Shown in pieces: positions 39,976 to 51,580 of a stretch of 64,000 bases of DNA. This DNA comes from an uncultured bacterium (GTDB taxonomy: Bacteria; Auribacterota; Erginobacteria; Erginobacterales; Erginobacteraceae): contig CAWGIE010000019.1 in the NCBI GenBank assembly GCA_963822585.1, positions 192,001-256,000 on the forward strand, written 5' to 3'. A program made the position numbers and the translations under genes. The notes under the pieces are model-generated. The model made no database searches and had not been told where the DNA came from. It was given only the letters and a program-made list of their open reading frames with translations. Within the stretch, counting starts at the first letter, position 1, and each line of letters opens with the position of its first letter.

Positions 39976-40043
39976 ATCTATCTCCTGTCTTACATAATAA
40001 TCGCCACGCCAAAATCATTATTAAACCACAAAGGACACGATTA

Positions 40044-40131
40044 GGGAATGGGGAATGGGGAATGGGGAATGGGGAATGGGGAATGGATTATAATCTCCCC
40101 TCTATTCCCCATTCTCTATTCTCCATTCCCC
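40044..40131. repeat. (GGGAATG)6 heptamer array plus degenerate complementary array
   Basis: Six perfect units at 40044-40085; CATTCCC-like units at 40095-40131. Confidence 0.9.
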
Positions 40132-40155
40132 GAAGGTCCTTCGTGGCAATTTGAT

Positions 40156-41433
40156 TTACTGGGAGGCTGACAGGGCCCGATCGATATCTTCGAGAATATC
40201 GTCGATATGCTCCAAGCCGATCGAGAGCCGGACCAGTTCAGGGGTGATGCCCCCGGCCCGCTGTTGCTCCTCCGAAAGCTGCGAGTGAGTCGTACTGGCC
40301 GGATGGATGGCCAGCGACTTGGCATCGCCGACATTGGCCAGATGTGAAATAAGCTGGAGATGGTTAATGAAAGAGGCGCCGGCGGCGGTGCCACCGCGAA
40401 TTCCGAAGACCACCATACCCCCGAATCCCCTGGTAAGATATCGCCGGGCGACCGGATAGGTCGGATCATCCGCCAACCCCGGGTAACGGACCCACTCCAC
40501 TCGCGGATGTTCCTGCAGATGCCGGGCCACGGCCAGGGCGTTCTCACTGTGCCGTGCCATCCGCAGCGGCAGCGTTTCTATTCCCTGGAGAAATATCCAG
40601 GCGTTGTCGGGCGAGAGGCAGGCTCCCAGGTTTCGGAGCGGGACCAGGCGCATCCTGAGAATAAAAGCCAGCGGGGACAGATCCCCCAGATCGTGGGCGT
40701 ACCGAAGGCCGTGATAGCTCGAATCGGGTTCCGTCAACAGAGGGAAATCACCCTTCTTCCAATCAAACCGGCCTGAATCGACAACGATCCCTCCGATCCC
40801 CGCGCCGTGCCCCCCCAGCCATTTGGTCAGCGAGTGGACAACGATATCGGCGCCATGATCGAGCGGCCGGAGCAGATACGGGGTGGTGAAGGTGGAGTCG
40901 ACGACGAGCGGAATGCCATGGGCATGCGCGATCTTCGAGATTTCTTCCAGATCGGCTACGTCAAGACCGGGGTTGCCAATCGTTTCACAGTAAAGGAGCC
41001 GGGTGCGCGGAGTGATGGCCTCTTCAAAATTACCCGGGACGCGGGGATCGACGAAACGGGTTGTAATGCCGAACCGGGGAAGAATGGAATCGAATTGGGT
41101 ATATGTCCCTCCGTAAAGGTTGTTGGCCGAGACTACCTCGTCCCCGCTCTGGCAGACGTTAATGACGCTGTAAAAAATACCGCTGGTTCCCGAGGCCAGC
41201 GCCAGAGCCGCGGCTCCTCCCTCCAGGGCGGCAACCCGTTGTTCGAGGACATCACAGGTCGGGTTCATGATCCGGCTGTAGATGTTTCCCAGCTCCTTCA
41301 AACCGAAAAGGTCGGCCGCGTGCTTGGTATCCCGGAAAAGATAGGAACTGGTCCTGTATACGGGCACTCCCCGGGACAGGGTGGTGGGATCGGGCACCTG
41401 CCCGGCGTGCAGACATTGCGTTTCGAGTTTCAT
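40156..41433 (-). CDS. metY: O-acetylhomoserine sulfhydrylase
   Basis: GNIYSRIMNPT, LYGGT, DSTFTTP, HSLTKWLGGHG, HLANVGDAKSL, HPASTTH; SD AGGAGG before ATG 41433. Confidence 0.94.
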   Translation of the reverse strand: MKLETQCLHAGQVPDPTTLSRGVPVYRTSSYLFRDTKHAADLFGLKELGNIYSRIMNPTCDVLEQRVAALEGGAAALALASGTSGIFYSVINVCQSGDEVVSANNLYGGTYTQFDSILPRFGITTRFVDPRVPGNFEEAITPRTRLLYCETIGNPGLDVADLEEISKIAHAHGIPLVVDSTFTTPYLLRPLDHGADIVVHSLTKWLGGHGAGIGGIVVDSGRFDWKKGDFPLLTEPDSSYHGLRYAHDLGDLSPLAFILRMRLVPLRNLGACLSPDNAWIFLQGIETLPLRMARHSENALAVARHLQEHPRVEWVRYPGLADDPTYPVARRYLTRGFGGMVVFGIRGGTAAGASFINHLQLISHLANVGDAKSLAIHPASTTHSQLSEEQQRAGGITPELVRLSIGLEHIDDILEDIDRALSASQ

Positions 41434-41488
41434 GGCCATTTCCTCCTTATAAAAATAGATTTGAATAATAGACCGGACAATAAACATC

Positions 41489-41543
41489 GTAGTGCAGGGC
41501 CTTATCCCTGCCCGAACAAAGCAGGATTGAAGTCTTGCACTAC
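41489..41543. repeat. GTAG-type REP, degenerate copy of 36052-36105
   Basis: GTAGTGCAGGG...TGCACTAC in the metY leader. Confidence 0.75.
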
Positions 41544-41655
41544 GAGATCGCGCTCACGGCGCTATCTTGTTTATATGTATTATAGGTAATATATCAATAT
41601 TATTTATATATGCAAGGGAAATCTCCGCTCACGGTGACAAAAGGGAAAAATTGCT

Positions 41656-42225
41656 TCAGGAAGCGGTCCGGAGCACCGGGGAATCGGAAGGGAAATAGTC
41701 GATCTCGATGGCAACCCGGCCGTCTTTTTCGGTCAGCTGGAGATAAATCCGGGTGTGGCCGGTCTCCCAGATGGTCTCCGGGCTCATCGCCTGCCGGAGA
41801 ACCAGCTGATACCGATCCCCCGGGGCGGCGGGGTCGAGATCGCCAACGGCCTCCTCTTTCAGGTTCAGCCGTTCCTCCGACGGTTCTCCGTACTCCTTGA
41901 GCATATATCCGCGGATCTTTTCATAATCGTTCATGACCGTTCCCTGATCGAGCGTCTCCACCGTGTAAATGCCCCGGGCCAGCGTATCCCCGTCGAAATA
42001 ATAAAAGATCGAGGCCCGGACCCCGGCGATCTCTCCCTCATATAAGAGGAGTCCCGGCAGCGCACCGGTCTGCCGGTCTGCGGCTTCCGTCTTCCGCACC
42101 GCCTCCGGCGATGCTCCCCAGCGAACCTGCCGGAAATCCGAAGGTCCCTCATTCTCTTCAGCGTGCAGGGGGTTGAAAGCGACCATGATAAGCACAATCA
42201 CGCCCGGCGCCCAGAGTATTTTCAT
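41656..42225 (-). CDS. exported hypothetical protein
   Basis: Signal peptide, DFR..RWG.S...V, L..EYG.P; SD AAGGAG. Confidence 0.7.
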   Translation of the reverse strand: MKILWAPGVIVLIMVAFNPLHAEENEGPSDFRQVRWGASPEAVRKTEAADRQTGALPGLLLYEGEIAGVRASIFYYFDGDTLARGIYTVETLDQGTVMNDYEKIRGYMLKEYGEPSEERLNLKEEAVGDLDPAAPGDRYQLVLRQAMSPETIWETGHTRIYLQLTEKDGRVAIEIDYFPSDSPVLRTAS

Positions 42226-42384
42226 AACCTTTCTCCTTCGTTAACTGCTTGGTGGATTTTATCTTATCAGATCTGAACGCTTCCAGGAATATCTTTTACC
42301 CCGCGGCCAGGTTAACTTCCCGGATCGGCAGTTTCATTCATCTCCTCTCCTTAATATTTATATTTTAACTGCCGTGCCAAAATA

Positions 42385-42872
42385 TTACTTTGTGACCGGG
42401 ATGTCGCCGACTTCTCCGAAATAAACCCGGGTGACGCCCCGGACCGCCCAGAGGCCGAAACTGTCCCGGAAGATCCCAAGATCGGCGGTCCCGTCACCAT
42501 CGTAGTCCCCTCTGGCCAGAATCGGAACGATTTCCAATCGTCCCCGGTAATAGACGGAGGCGAGGACGGGGGTATACGCGGCCCAGGCAGCCGGCGACGA
42601 GTCGATCCGGAGGTCCGACCAGCTCTCGTCATCATTCTTCCACCGTTCCGAATAAACGATCGCGATCCTGACCCGGGGATAGGCACTAGGGAGAGCCTCC
42701 CGGGCCCCGCCTTGTTCCCCTTGGCGGGATATTCCCCCACCCCCCACTCGGCCAGAATCAGCGGCTTGCTTGCGGAAAGAGCAGCGATAGTACTGTATGC
42801 CGGCGTCATCAGGGTTTCAAAACTCACCCAGTCCTCATCGATATACTGGGCCCCGTATCCTCTATCCCCCAA
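42385..42872 (-). pseudogene. remnant of a GH26-like glycoside hydrolase carrying one unit of the C-terminal module
   Basis: KPLILAEWGVGE and ERWKN..WSDLRIDSS in different frames, then [22 protein letters not shown]. Confidence 0.65.
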
Positions 42873-42875
42873 CCT

Positions 42876-45800
42876 TTATCTCGTCACCGGCAAATCTCCC
42901 CCGGTCCCGAAGTATGTCCTGCTCCCCCTCCGGATGGCCCAGAGGCCATAGCTCCGGCGGAAGATGGCGCTATCGGTTATCAGGTCACCGTCAAAATCAG
43001 CCCGGAGCGGATAATCAACGCAGCTGCCGTAGTAAAACCGTGAAACTCCCCGGATGGCCCAGAGCGCGGAGGAGCGGGGACGGAAGATCGCCGCTTCCCA
43101 GGATCCGTCGCCGTCATAGTCAGCGGGGAGAGCCCAGTCGTCGGAACCGCCGAAGTAGAACCGGGAGATACCTTTCAGGGCCCAGGTTCCCGTGACGGGG
43201 CGGAAGATAGAGATAGCCGCGGTCCCCGAACCGTCGTAGTCCCCCGGAACGGGGCGATCCCCAAACTTCCCGAAGTAAGCACGGACGCCCCCCCGGACGG
43301 CCCAGAGCCCCGCGGCGGCCCGGAAGATGCCGACGTCGGCGGCGCCGTCACCGTCATAGTCGGCGGGGACGGGGAAATCACCCGGGATACCGTAGTATAC
43401 CCGGGAAATCCCCCGGAGAGCCCAGAGTCCCTGAGACGGCCGGAAGACAGCGACATCGGCGGTCAGGTCGCCGTCGTAATCGCCGGCCACGGGCAGGTCG
43501 CCGGACCTGCCGAAATAGATCCGGGAAATGCCTCTCAGAGCCCAGAGACCCGCTGCCGGGCGGAAGACGGCGATGTCGCTGCTCCCGTCGCCGTCGTAAT
43601 CCCCCGCCTCCAGGATGAAGTCCGGACGGGCTACGGGTGGGCCGCAGGTGGGCGTCGGAACAGGGGTTGGGGTGGTCGGTGGCGGAGCAGTCGGAGAGGC
43701 GGTCGGCGGCGCGGTCCGGGTCGGCGACGGCGACGGCGTCAATGTCGGGGTCGGAGATGCCGGGGCGGACGCGGTCGGGCTGGGGGTCGGGGTGACGGTC
43801 GGTGGTGGAAGGGAAAACGTGTCGATAACGTCGCCGCCACGGGATACGAACGTAAAGGTGATGTGTCCCGCGTCGGCGTCAATCACCATCGCCCCGTAGT
43901 CACCGTTGTAACGGACCTTGCTCTCCGGGAGAGGGGTCCCGAAGCTGTAAATGCTCCTCCCCCCCAGGCCATTGACCAAGTAGGGGATACCGTCGACCTG
44001 GAGGCGTTCGTAGGTATGTGCGTGACCGCTGATAACCGCTGAAGCTCCCCAGAGTGTATAGGGCCACTGCATCCGGGTGGTGGAGCCGTGGACCGTGTCC
44101 GATGAATAAGGGGCATGATGACAGGTGACGATCTTCCAGGGCGCGGTGGAGGAGGCCAGGGCGGCCTCGAGCCACGCTGCCTGGGTCGAGCTGTCGTCGG
44201 CACCGTCCGGTTCTCGGCTGTCGCTGTCGAGGAAGAAGAGATGGACCGGTCCGTATTCGAAGTCATAATAGCGTTCGTTGCCGGGGAGCGTGAAATAGTC
44301 GAAGTACGGACCGCCGCAGACGGCGGCGCAGGTCAGGGAGTTCCAGTCGTGGTTGCCGAGGGAAGAAAAGAAGCGGTTTGAATCCGCCCCCGTTCCATAT
44401 CCGCCGGCATAGGGATAAATAAATTCGTGGTAGTACTGCCCGATATTGTCGTCAATGGTGGCGGAGGCGCCGTCCGGATAGTTGTTGTCGCCGGCTGTAA
44501 TAATCAGGTCCGGCCCCCATCCCTCCACCAGGTCGGCGACTTGGGATTCCGGGGTTCCGGCCCATCCATAATCACCAATGACGGCAAATCGGACCGCCAG
44601 GGGTGGCGACGGTGTGGGCGACGGCGAACGGGTCCCGGTGGGTGCCGCAGTGGGGGTCGGCGTCACCGAGGGGGAGGGGGTGACACTCGGCGTCGGGGTG
44701 GGCGACGCTGACGGAGACGGTGTCGCTGTTGGCGTTGGCGATGAGGTCGGGGGTATCGTCGGTGTCGGGGTCGCGGTCGGCGTCGCCGAAGGGGACGGTG
44801 TCGGCGGCATCGAGGGCGACGGGGTCGGCGTCGGCGAAGGGGACGGGCTCGGGGTGGGAGTCACGCTCGGCGATGCGGTCGAGGTTGGAGTCGGAGATGG
44901 CGTCAAAGAGGGGGATGGGGTTACCGTCGGAGTCGGCGTAGGCGAGGGTGAAGGCGTCGGAGTCAAAGACGGCGTCACCGTGGGTGACGACGTTGGCGTG
45001 ACTGACGAGGTCGGTATAACGGTTGGGGTGGGAGTCACGCTCGGCGTTGCGGTCGGGGTCGGGGTCGGGGATGGCGTCGGCGTGGGGGACGGTGTTGTCG
45101 TCGGAGTCGGTGTCGGCGTTGCTGAAGGCGTCGGAGTCAATGACGGCGTCATCGTGGGCGACGGCGATGGTGTGATCGACGGGGTCGGTGAAATCGGGGT
45201 CGGTGTACGGCTCGGCGTGGGAATAACCGGTGACGGCGACGGGGTGGGAGTGATCGGTGTCGGGGTCGCGGTGGGTGGCGCCGTCGGGGTAGACGATGGC
45301 GGCGGCGACGGAGCAACCGACGGAGTCGGGGTAACCGATGGTGTCGGCGTCGGCGTAAGTGACGGGGTCGGGGTCGAGGAAGGCGACGGTGTGGGGGTGG
45401 GGGTCCGGGACGGTGTCGGCGACGGGGTGGTCGAGGGCGACGGCGTAAGTGAAGGGGTTGGGGTTGGCGATGGAGACGGCGTGGGAGTGGGGGTCCGGGA
45501 CGGTGTCGGTGACGGTGTACTCGAGGGGGTGGGGGTCGCGGTCGGTGTTACTGTCGGGGTACGTGACGGTGTCGTCGACGGAGTAACCGATGGAGTCGGG
45601 GTTACCGATGGCGTCGGCGTAGGGGTCAGTGAGGGGGTCGACGACGGAGTCGGCGTTGTTGATGGGGTCGGAGACGGCGAAGGCGGCGGGGTTGTTGTGG
45701 GGGTGACCGTCGGTGAGGCGGACGGCGACGGCGATGGTGGCGCCGTGGCGGTCGGGGCCGGTGTTGTCGACGGTGACGGAGTCGGTGTCGGGGTTCTCGT

Positions 45801-48800
45801 CGGCTGCGGGCCGGGATCGGGGGCGTCACCCGTCCAGTTGTCGGGATCGTTACCGGAGACGTCGGTATTCAGTCGATGCAATGAATCCCCCCCGCCGTCC
45901 GGGGTCGCCGGCCAGGGATCGCGGTCAAAGTAGATGACCTCATCTACGATTCCCCAGGAAACCCCCTCGCTGACGACATCGGGCGCCTGGGGCTTCTCGA
46001 GGGAGACCCGCTCGCCGCCGTTGGAAAGGTCACCCTGATACGGCCCCGCGAAATCGGCGTCCAGGCTTCCCGGGTAGGCCGCCTGGAAGTCCGCCAGCGC
46101 CCCGGGGTCTGTCTGAGGGTTGAAACCGACTACCAGGAGAACACCCCCGGAGGTGAGGGTTTCGGTGAAAAAGGTGAAGGAGACCCCCCCATCTATCCTC
46201 CAGCCTCCCTCCGCGTTCCAGAGACCGATCGATTCCGAGGTCGGGTTGGAGATCTCGATGTATTCTTTGTCCTTGTCGTTGTCAGGCGGATGGTACATGA
46301 ATTCGGTAATCACCGGGGCCGGATGGGGACCGGTATTGGCGGCGTCCCGGGTGGCGGTCATCGCGTACCAGTAAGGGTCGCCGTCGGGATACCGTCCCAG
46401 GGTGACGCCGTTCTCTTGCGCCTTGAAGCGGACGCCGTCCACCACCCGGTCAGCCGACGTTCCCGGGAAGTGAGATAGAAGCACCTCCTCCCCGGCCTTG
46501 TTCAGTCCGAACCCTTCGGTAATCGGGTTGTGGAAGTCGTTGACCTCGTCGAAGCTGATCCTTCCGCCGGCCGGGATAATCACCGATCCGGGGACGGCCC
46601 ACTTGGCCGGTGTCCCCCGGTCGTCGGAAAGATACCAGCCGGAGATATCGATCGGGGAGCCGGTGGGATTATAGAGTTCGATCCAGTCGTTGGAATCGTA
46701 AGGAGGAACCGGGTAATCGGTGTGGGCGGCGATCTCATTCACGACCACGCTGTCGGGCGGATCGGGGTCCGCGGCCCCGGGAGATCCCTTGCTGTAGGCG
46801 CTGTTCCGCCAGTTCCCGCCGTAGTCAAGCGAACCGTCGGCCTGGCCGTCCAGTGCCGCGGGGAGGGGCACCAGGGAGTGTCCCGAGCCGTCCGCCGCCA
46901 GCGGCCAGCCCCGCCCGTCATTATAGGTAAAATCGGAAAGGACCGTTCCCCCGGCCGATATTTTCAGGGAGACCTTCTCCCCCCCGTTGGAGAGGTTGCC
47001 TCCGTAGGGCCCCATGATCGGGACCGCGGGATCGAGGTTGTAGTGCGACCGGAAGGCGGCGGTATCGTCGCTCCCGATGACCAGGTAATAGCTCTCGGGG
47101 AGGAGGGAGGTGCCGGCGGGGATGACGAAATCGACTCCGTCGGTGAAGGTGACGCCGTCCAGAAGCAGGGTGACGGTCGGGCTGGTATTATAGAGTTCGA
47201 TGAACTCGTAGGCGTTACCGGCGGGCGGATTGTACATCAGCTCGGTGATTCGAAGGTGATCGACCAGGGCCTGGGCATTAACCGGGTCGCCGGTTACGGT
47301 CGTCTGGCCGACGAAGCTCCCCTCGTCATCGCTCAGGACAAGGGTAAAGCTGAAGTTCGAGAGGCGGCCTTCATAGTTGCCCTGGACGAAACGCTTCTCT
47401 CCTCCGGTCGGACTTGAAGCCCGAGCCCGGAATACTTTCGCGTCCGGAGAGACAAAGATCGAATCCCCGGCCCGGATAACGGTCCCGGGTTCGAACGTGT
47501 GTTTGACCGCCCCGGAGATGCTCCAGCCGGAGACGTCGGCCGCGAAGCCGTTGGGGTTGACGATCTCGACGAACTCCTCATCCTGATCCCCGGAAACCGG
47601 GTCGTAGTCGATTTCTCCGAAGGAGAGGGGGAAGGTGTCGGTCTGGGCGTTGGGGATCCCGGCGTTATCCGGATAACCGGGGTTCCCGATACCGTGATCG
47701 ACATAGAGATGCGTCCGCCGGACGGCGAGGTAGTCGTCTTCCAGAATCTCCAGCGCCTGGGCGAAAGACTGGTCGTATCCCCACGGCCAGGGATCGCACC
47801 AGGCGGCATAGTCAAGGGCCACGTCCGGGTCCATCTGCGTCTTCAGCTCGGCGATCCTGGTTTCGAACGCCAGCTCCGCCGGAGGTGTCCCGGGAGGCTG
47901 GAGCAGTTCATCCATCAGCGTCCGGAGACGGCGCAGGTACATATCCCGGACCTCGGGCGTGTCGAGGAGCGCGTCGATGAATCGGTTCCATTGCTCGTCG
48001 TACTTCTGATGGTCCGAGTTTCCGAAAAAAGGGTGGCTGGGGGAAACGTACGACGGTTTCCCCGGCAGCTGATCCTCGTTCGCCCAGATAGTGTCGTTAA
48101 GGACCCCGCCGGCGTTGTAGTTTCTCCCCAGGGTCAAATCCTTGTCCCAGGGGATGAAGGACCACTCCCCGGTCCCCTCGGTATCGCGGTAAAGATAATA
48201 GTTCTTTTTTACGTGATCGTTGTCGTGGATGATCGCCGTGGCCGCGACGTAGTTGACGCAGGCGGCCAGGTCCACGGTATCGAAAAGAAATATATCCCGG
48301 TCCGGGTTCGAGGGGTTCACCCCATCCACCAGGTCCTGGAGGTCCGCGTTGTTCTCGTCCCGGCGGGTCTTCTTCTCGACGCCGGAGACCGCCGAGGTGC
48401 AATCGTTGTACATCTTGTAGAGAGCCCCGTTGTCATCGATATCGAGGCGACGGAGCATATACTTGTCCGGCTGTTCGACAAAGACGGCCACGCTGAAGAA
48501 GGCGTCATTCTGCTGCACCCGGAGGGGAAAGGAGCGGGAACCGGGGTTGCCGGCGTTCTCGTAAGTCTCCCAGCAGAGAGTCTGGCGGATATATGCCTTG
48601 TCTCCGTAAGTGCTCTGGAGGTTGATCTCCTCCGCCTTCACGCCCGGCTCGAACTCGAAATGGTAGTTGGGGTTGAAGTCGAACTTGTAGTTCCGCTTGG
48701 ACCAGGTCGCCGATGACCCTCCCCGCCGCCGCACGAAGACGTTGTCGTAAAAGGTGTCGCCGTAGAAGAGCGAACAGCGGGTGCCGGCATCTGTCCGGGC

Positions 48801-50276
48801 GGCGGCCGGGTCCGCGACGAACCAGTGGAGCAGGGGAAGAGAACTGGTCAGGGCGGGATCGTTGACGATCGTTCCCTGGTATTTCGGCGATCCGGTCGGG
48901 TCGCTGAAAAAAGGCCAGCGGGAAGAGTTTCCCCCGGTGTCGAAGGCCCGGACATAATAGCGGATCATCTCCCCCGGGGATGACGCGGAGGCCGGTATTG
49001 AACCGGAGTAGATCCCATCGGCAGCGGTCTGGTCGGGCCAGGACCCGTTGTCCGTCATCGCGACGGCGGTCTCGCCGCCGAACATCACCCGGTAATAGAG
49101 GGTAACCGCCGAGATGGGATCGAACGCTTCCCCGACTGAGGCCTCGACCGCCAGATCCTCACCATCTTCAGGGACGGCGGGCAGATGGGAAACGCCCGAA
49201 ATGATGGGCCCGAGATCGGCGGGACCGGCCCCGTTGGCGGAGCCGGGTGTCGGATCGGTAAAATAGCGGGGATCGCCCACTTCCAGCACGGCCTCCTCCC
49301 CCTCCAGTTCCGGAGTGATCAGGAAGTCCACGTTGGTCGAACTCCGGTTAAGGCCCTGCACGGCCAGAACGTTGGTCCCGACGAAAAGAAGATCGCGGTC
49401 CGTGGACAGATCGAAGGGGGTGAAGACGACCGCCGCGGAATCGGAACGGGTTGCGGGGGCGCTCGAATTCCAGGCCAGAGTAGCGGGGACGTTGTCCCGG
49501 GCCACCTCCACCCCATTGAGATAGGCCGCGAAGCCGTCGTCATACTGCATCCGGAGCGTCAGAGAGACGAGCCGCGAGGGGTCGGTCACGGTGAAGGGTA
49601 TCCGTATGTAGGCGCTGGAGTTGACGTTATACATTATCGACTCGACATCAAGTCCGATGATGCTTTCATACCCGGAGCCCCGCTCGTACCCGACGGCGGT
49701 CGTGCCGCTGGTCCAGCCCGAGTCATCGAATGACGGGTCGGTCCAGCCGGCCCCGTCGCCGGAATAGGTTGGTATCAGGACCCGCGTGGTGGCCCCGGCG
49801 GTAAAGAAAGGCACGGCGTCGCTCATCTGGACGAGGCCGTAGGAGATATCGGTAAGCTGTTCCGGATACCCGGGAGCGTATTCGGAAGAGACGGTCACGC
49901 CGTCCGGTTCCACCAGGCCGAGATATCCGCCGGAGGCGCTCAATTTGAAGTTGGTATGGAGTTCCTGTCCCGGGACCGCCCGGTTCTTGTTCGAGGCGAA
50001 GACCACCAGGAACGCGGCGGGATCGAGAGACGTGCTCGGGAACTGCCACTTGGTGAGTTCACCCTCGTCGTCGGTCAGATACCAGCCGTCCAGATCGACC
50101 GCCGATGCCCCGGCGTTGAAGATCTCAATCCAGTCGGAGTAATCCCCGTCCTCATCGGCGAGGGTGGTGGCGTTGCTGGCCATGAACTCGCTGATCAGCA
50201 CATTTCCCGCGGCGGCCGTGACCGCGGGGAAGAACAGGATCAGGATAGTGAGAGATATGTTTCTGGCGGTAACCAT
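42876..50276 (-). CDS. giant secreted protein: lamin-tail domains + CotH kinase + P/T linker + metallophosphoesterase + six-repeat C-terminal module
   Basis: Signal peptide; [29 protein letters not shown] starts; RRRGGSS, KNYYLY, PWDKD (CotH); GDYG, GDNNY, GNHD, GHAH.YER. Confidence 0.88.
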   Translation of the reverse strand: MVTARNISLTILILFFPAVTAAAGNVLISEFMASNATTLADEDGDYSDWIEIFNAGASAVDLDGWYLTDDEGELTKWQFPSTSLDPAAFLVVFASNKNRAVPGQELHTNFKLSASGGYLGLVEPDGVTVSSEYAPGYPEQLTDISYGLVQMSDAVPFFTAGATTRVLIPTYSGDGAGWTDPSFDDSGWTSGTTAVGYERGSGYESIIGLDVESIMYNVNSSAYIRIPFTVTDPSRLVSLTLRMQYDDGFAAYLNGVEVARDNVPATLAWNSSAPATRSDSAAVVFTPFDLSTDRDLLFVGTNVLAVQGLNRSSTNVDFLITPELEGEEAVLEVGDPRYFTDPTPGSANGAGPADLGPIISGVSHLPAVPEDGEDLAVEASVGEAFDPISAVTLYYRVMFGGETAVAMTDNGSWPDQTAADGIYSGSIPASASSPGEMIRYYVRAFDTGGNSSRWPFFSDPTGSPKYQGTIVNDPALTSSLPLLHWFVADPAAARTDAGTRCSLFYGDTFYDNVFVRRRGGSSATWSKRNYKFDFNPNYHFEFEPGVKAEEINLQSTYGDKAYIRQTLCWETYENAGNPGSRSFPLRVQQNDAFFSVAVFVEQPDKYMLRRLDIDDNGALYKMYNDCTSAVSGVEKKTRRDENNADLQDLVDGVNPSNPDRDIFLFDTVDLAACVNYVAATAIIHDNDHVKKNYYLYRDTEGTGEWSFIPWDKDLTLGRNYNAGGVLNDTIWANEDQLPGKPSYVSPSHPFFGNSDHQKYDEQWNRFIDALLDTPEVRDMYLRRLRTLMDELLQPPGTPPAELAFETRIAELKTQMDPDVALDYAAWCDPWPWGYDQSFAQALEILEDDYLAVRRTHLYVDHGIGNPGYPDNAGIPNAQTDTFPLSFGEIDYDPVSGDQDEEFVEIVNPNGFAADVSGWSISGAVKHTFEPGTVIRAGDSIFVSPDAKVFRARASSPTGGEKRFVQGNYEGRLSNFSFTLVLSDDEGSFVGQTTVTGDPVNAQALVDHLRITELMYNPPAGNAYEFIELYNTSPTVTLLLDGVTFTDGVDFVIPAGTSLLPESYYLVIGSDDTAAFRSHYNLDPAVPIMGPYGGNLSNGGEKVSLKISAGGTVLSDFTYNDGRGWPLAADGSGHSLVPLPAALDGQADGSLDYGGNWRNSAYSKGSPGAADPDPPDSVVVNEIAAHTDYPVPPYDSNDWIELYNPTGSPIDISGWYLSDDRGTPAKWAVPGSVIIPAGGRISFDEVNDFHNPITEGFGLNKAGEEVLLSHFPGTSADRVVDGVRFKAQENGVTLGRYPDGDPYWYAMTATRDAANTGPHPAPVITEFMYHPPDNDKDKEYIEISNPTSESIGLWNAEGGWRIDGGVSFTFFTETLTSGGVLLVVGFNPQTDPGALADFQAAYPGSLDADFAGPYQGDLSNGGERVSLEKPQAPDVVSEGVSWGIVDEVIYFDRDPWPATPDGGGDSLHRLNTDVSGNDPDNWTGDAPDPGPQPTRTPTPTPSPSTTPAPTATAPPSPSPSASPTVTPTTTPPPSPSPTPSTTPTPSSTPSLTPTPTPSVTPTPSVTPSTTPSRTPTVTPTATPTPSSTPSPTPSRTPTPTPSPSPTPTPSLTPSPSTTPSPTPSRTPTPTPSPSSTPTPSLTPTPTPSVTPTPSVAPSPPPSSTPTAPPTATPTPITPTPSPSPVIPTPSRTPTPISPTPSITPSPSPTMTPSLTPTPSATPTPTPTTTPSPTPTPSPTPTPTATPSVTPTPTVIPTSSVTPTSSPTVTPSLTPTPSPSPTPTPTVTPSPSLTPSPTPTSTASPSVTPTPSPSPSPTPTPSPSMPPTPSPSATPTATPTPTIPPTSSPTPTATPSPSASPTPTPSVTPSPSVTPTPTAAPTGTRSPSPTPSPPLAVRFAVIGDYGWAGTPESQVADLVEGWGPDLIITAGDNNYPDGASATIDDNIGQYYHEFIYPYAGGYGTGADSNRFFSSLGNHDWNSLTCAAVCGGPYFDYFTLPGNERYYDFEYGPVHLFFLDSDSREPDGADDSSTQAAWLEAALASSTAPWKIVTCHHAPYSSDTVHGSTTRMQWPYTLWGASAVISGHAHTYERLQVDGIPYLVNGLGGRSIYSFGTPLPESKVRYNGDYGAMVIDADAGHITFTFVSRGGDVIDTFSLPPPTVTPTPSPTASAPASPTPTLTPSPSPTRTAPPTASPTAPPPTTPTPVPTPTCGPPVARPDFILEAGDYDGDGSSDIAVFRPAAGLWALRGISRIYFGRSGDLPVAGDYDGDLTADVAVFRPSQGLWALRGISRVYYGIPGDFPVPADYDGDGAADVGIFRAAAGLWAVRGGVRAYFGKFGDRPVPGDYDGSGTAAISIFRPVTGTWALKGISRFYFGGSDDWALPADYDGDGSWEAAIFRPRSSALWAIRGVSRFYYGSCVDYPLRADFDGDLITDSAIFRRSYGLWAIRRGSRTYFGTGGDLPVTR

Positions 50277-50357
50277 CGCGGATAATACAGGCTGTGTATT
50301 GCTCTCCTCGGTACCTCTATGAGACGTATTCTACCCCGCATCTGTTCTTACATATAA

Positions 50358-50404
50358 AATGTATCCCACCATGGCCAAAATGTAAATCCCCCCCGGAGGG
50401 GGAT
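50358..50404 (-). promoter_or_regulatory. palindromic activator box abutting -35, promoter of the CotH gene
   Basis: ATCCCCC-N5-GGGGGAT then TTTACA-17-TACATT on the minus strand; 22/24 identical to 60815-60838. Confidence 0.65.
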
Positions 50405-50467
50405 GCGGAGTGACCGGCAGAACGTTCGGCGGAGGGATCGTCAGACCGATTGCCGTAATCGGTCCGA

Positions 50468-51580
50468 TTATTTAAAGCGGGCCAGCAGTTGCTGCCACCA
50501 GGGTGGAGAAAACCGGATCGTGACCGTCTCGCCGGGGATGAGCCCGGCATTGTTTTCTTCGGGGACCAGGATAATCCGCCGCAGGTTGCCCATCTCCAGA
50601 CGGTAAGGCGGCAAACCCCCATTTGTACCGATCATCTCGGGCCCCAGGGCCGTCACCCGGGCTTTGATCGCCGCCGCGCCGTTCCTCTCGCGGATCACGT
50701 AGGCGGTCTCGCCCACGGAGGGACCCGGGACGTTCCGTCCCGACATGTAACCGATGACCCGGACAGGTCCCGCCACCGCCAGTGTCATCACCGGGTCGCC
50801 CCCTTTGACCACCTCGCCCGGCTGGTGCAGCACCTCGGACACGGTGCCGGCGCGTTCGGCCCGGAGGCTGTAGGTCTCCCGGCGCAAATTGAGCAGGCCG
50901 ATCTGATGCTGTGTCTCCTCGAGGCCGAGTTCGCTCTCATCGATGTCGAGATCGGGGGGAATTTTTATCGCCCCCCCCAGCACCGCGGCCGCGTCGGCCT
51001 GCTGGGCTCGGGCCCGGGTCAGGTACTCTTCCAGCCTCTTCACGGTTTCCGGGTATAGCTCCACGTTGTGCTTGAGCGCCTCCTGGCGGGCCTTGAACTC
51101 CGCCACCATCTGCGCGTCATCCAGGTTCCGCGGCTCGGCGTAGCGGGCGAAGCGGTTCAATTCCTTGTTGAGCATCGCCAGTTCGGCCGTATCCGAGGCC
51201 TGCCCCATCCTGGCTTTCCGCAGCTCGGTCTCGACGCGAAAAATCACCCGGGCGAACCGGGATTCGATTTTGAGCAGTTCGACTTCCATCTCCGCGTCCA
51301 GTATCCGGCCGTCCATCTGTGCCAGAAGATCGCCGGCTTTGACCGTCTGCCCGGGCTCCGCGTAGACCGCTTTCAGCTGGGCGGTCTCCAGGGGGGCAAC
51401 GGCCTCGGTCGTCACCGCCACGACCCCGGGGATACGCTGTAAACCGCCCTGGCCGAGCATGAGAGCGGCCAAGGCGGCGGCGCCCATCCAGATCAGAAAC
51501 ATCAGCCAGCTTTTCGGGCCCGGGAAGCGGCGGCGGAAAGCTCGGGGCATTTTTTTCTTTCTTGTCGGGCGGTCTGTCAC
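50468..51580 (-). CDS. HlyD-like membrane-fusion/periplasmic adaptor protein
   Basis: N-terminal TM, lipoyl half-motifs PGQTVKAGDLL and LRA..AGTV....PGEVV.GGDPV, coiled coil, LIPGETV. Confidence 0.8.
   Translation of the reverse strand: MTDRPTRKKKMPRAFRRRFPGPKSWLMFLIWMGAAALAALMLGQGGLQRIPGVVAVTTEAVAPLETAQLKAVYAEPGQTVKAGDLLAQMDGRILDAEMEVELLKIESRFARVIFRVETELRKARMGQASDTAELAMLNKELNRFARYAEPRNLDDAQMVAEFKARQEALKHNVELYPETVKRLEEYLTRARAQQADAAAVLGGAIKIPPDLDIDESELGLEETQHQIGLLNLRRETYSLRAERAGTVSEVLHQPGEVVKGGDPVMTLAVAGPVRVIGYMSGRNVPGPSVGETAYVIRERNGAAAIKARVTALGPEMIGTNGGLPPYRLEMGNLRRIILVPEENNAGLIPGETVTIRFSPPWWQQLLARFK

Noticed and set aside
41434..41655. SAM riboswitch or T-box before metY
   Set aside because: No recognisable aptamer core; the hairpin present is a REP copy shared with 36052-36105.
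44578..45933. 451-aa Gly/Val-rich plus-strand ORF (likewise 57046-58173)
   Set aside because: It is the antisense shadow of the P/T linker codons of the giant minus-strand genes.
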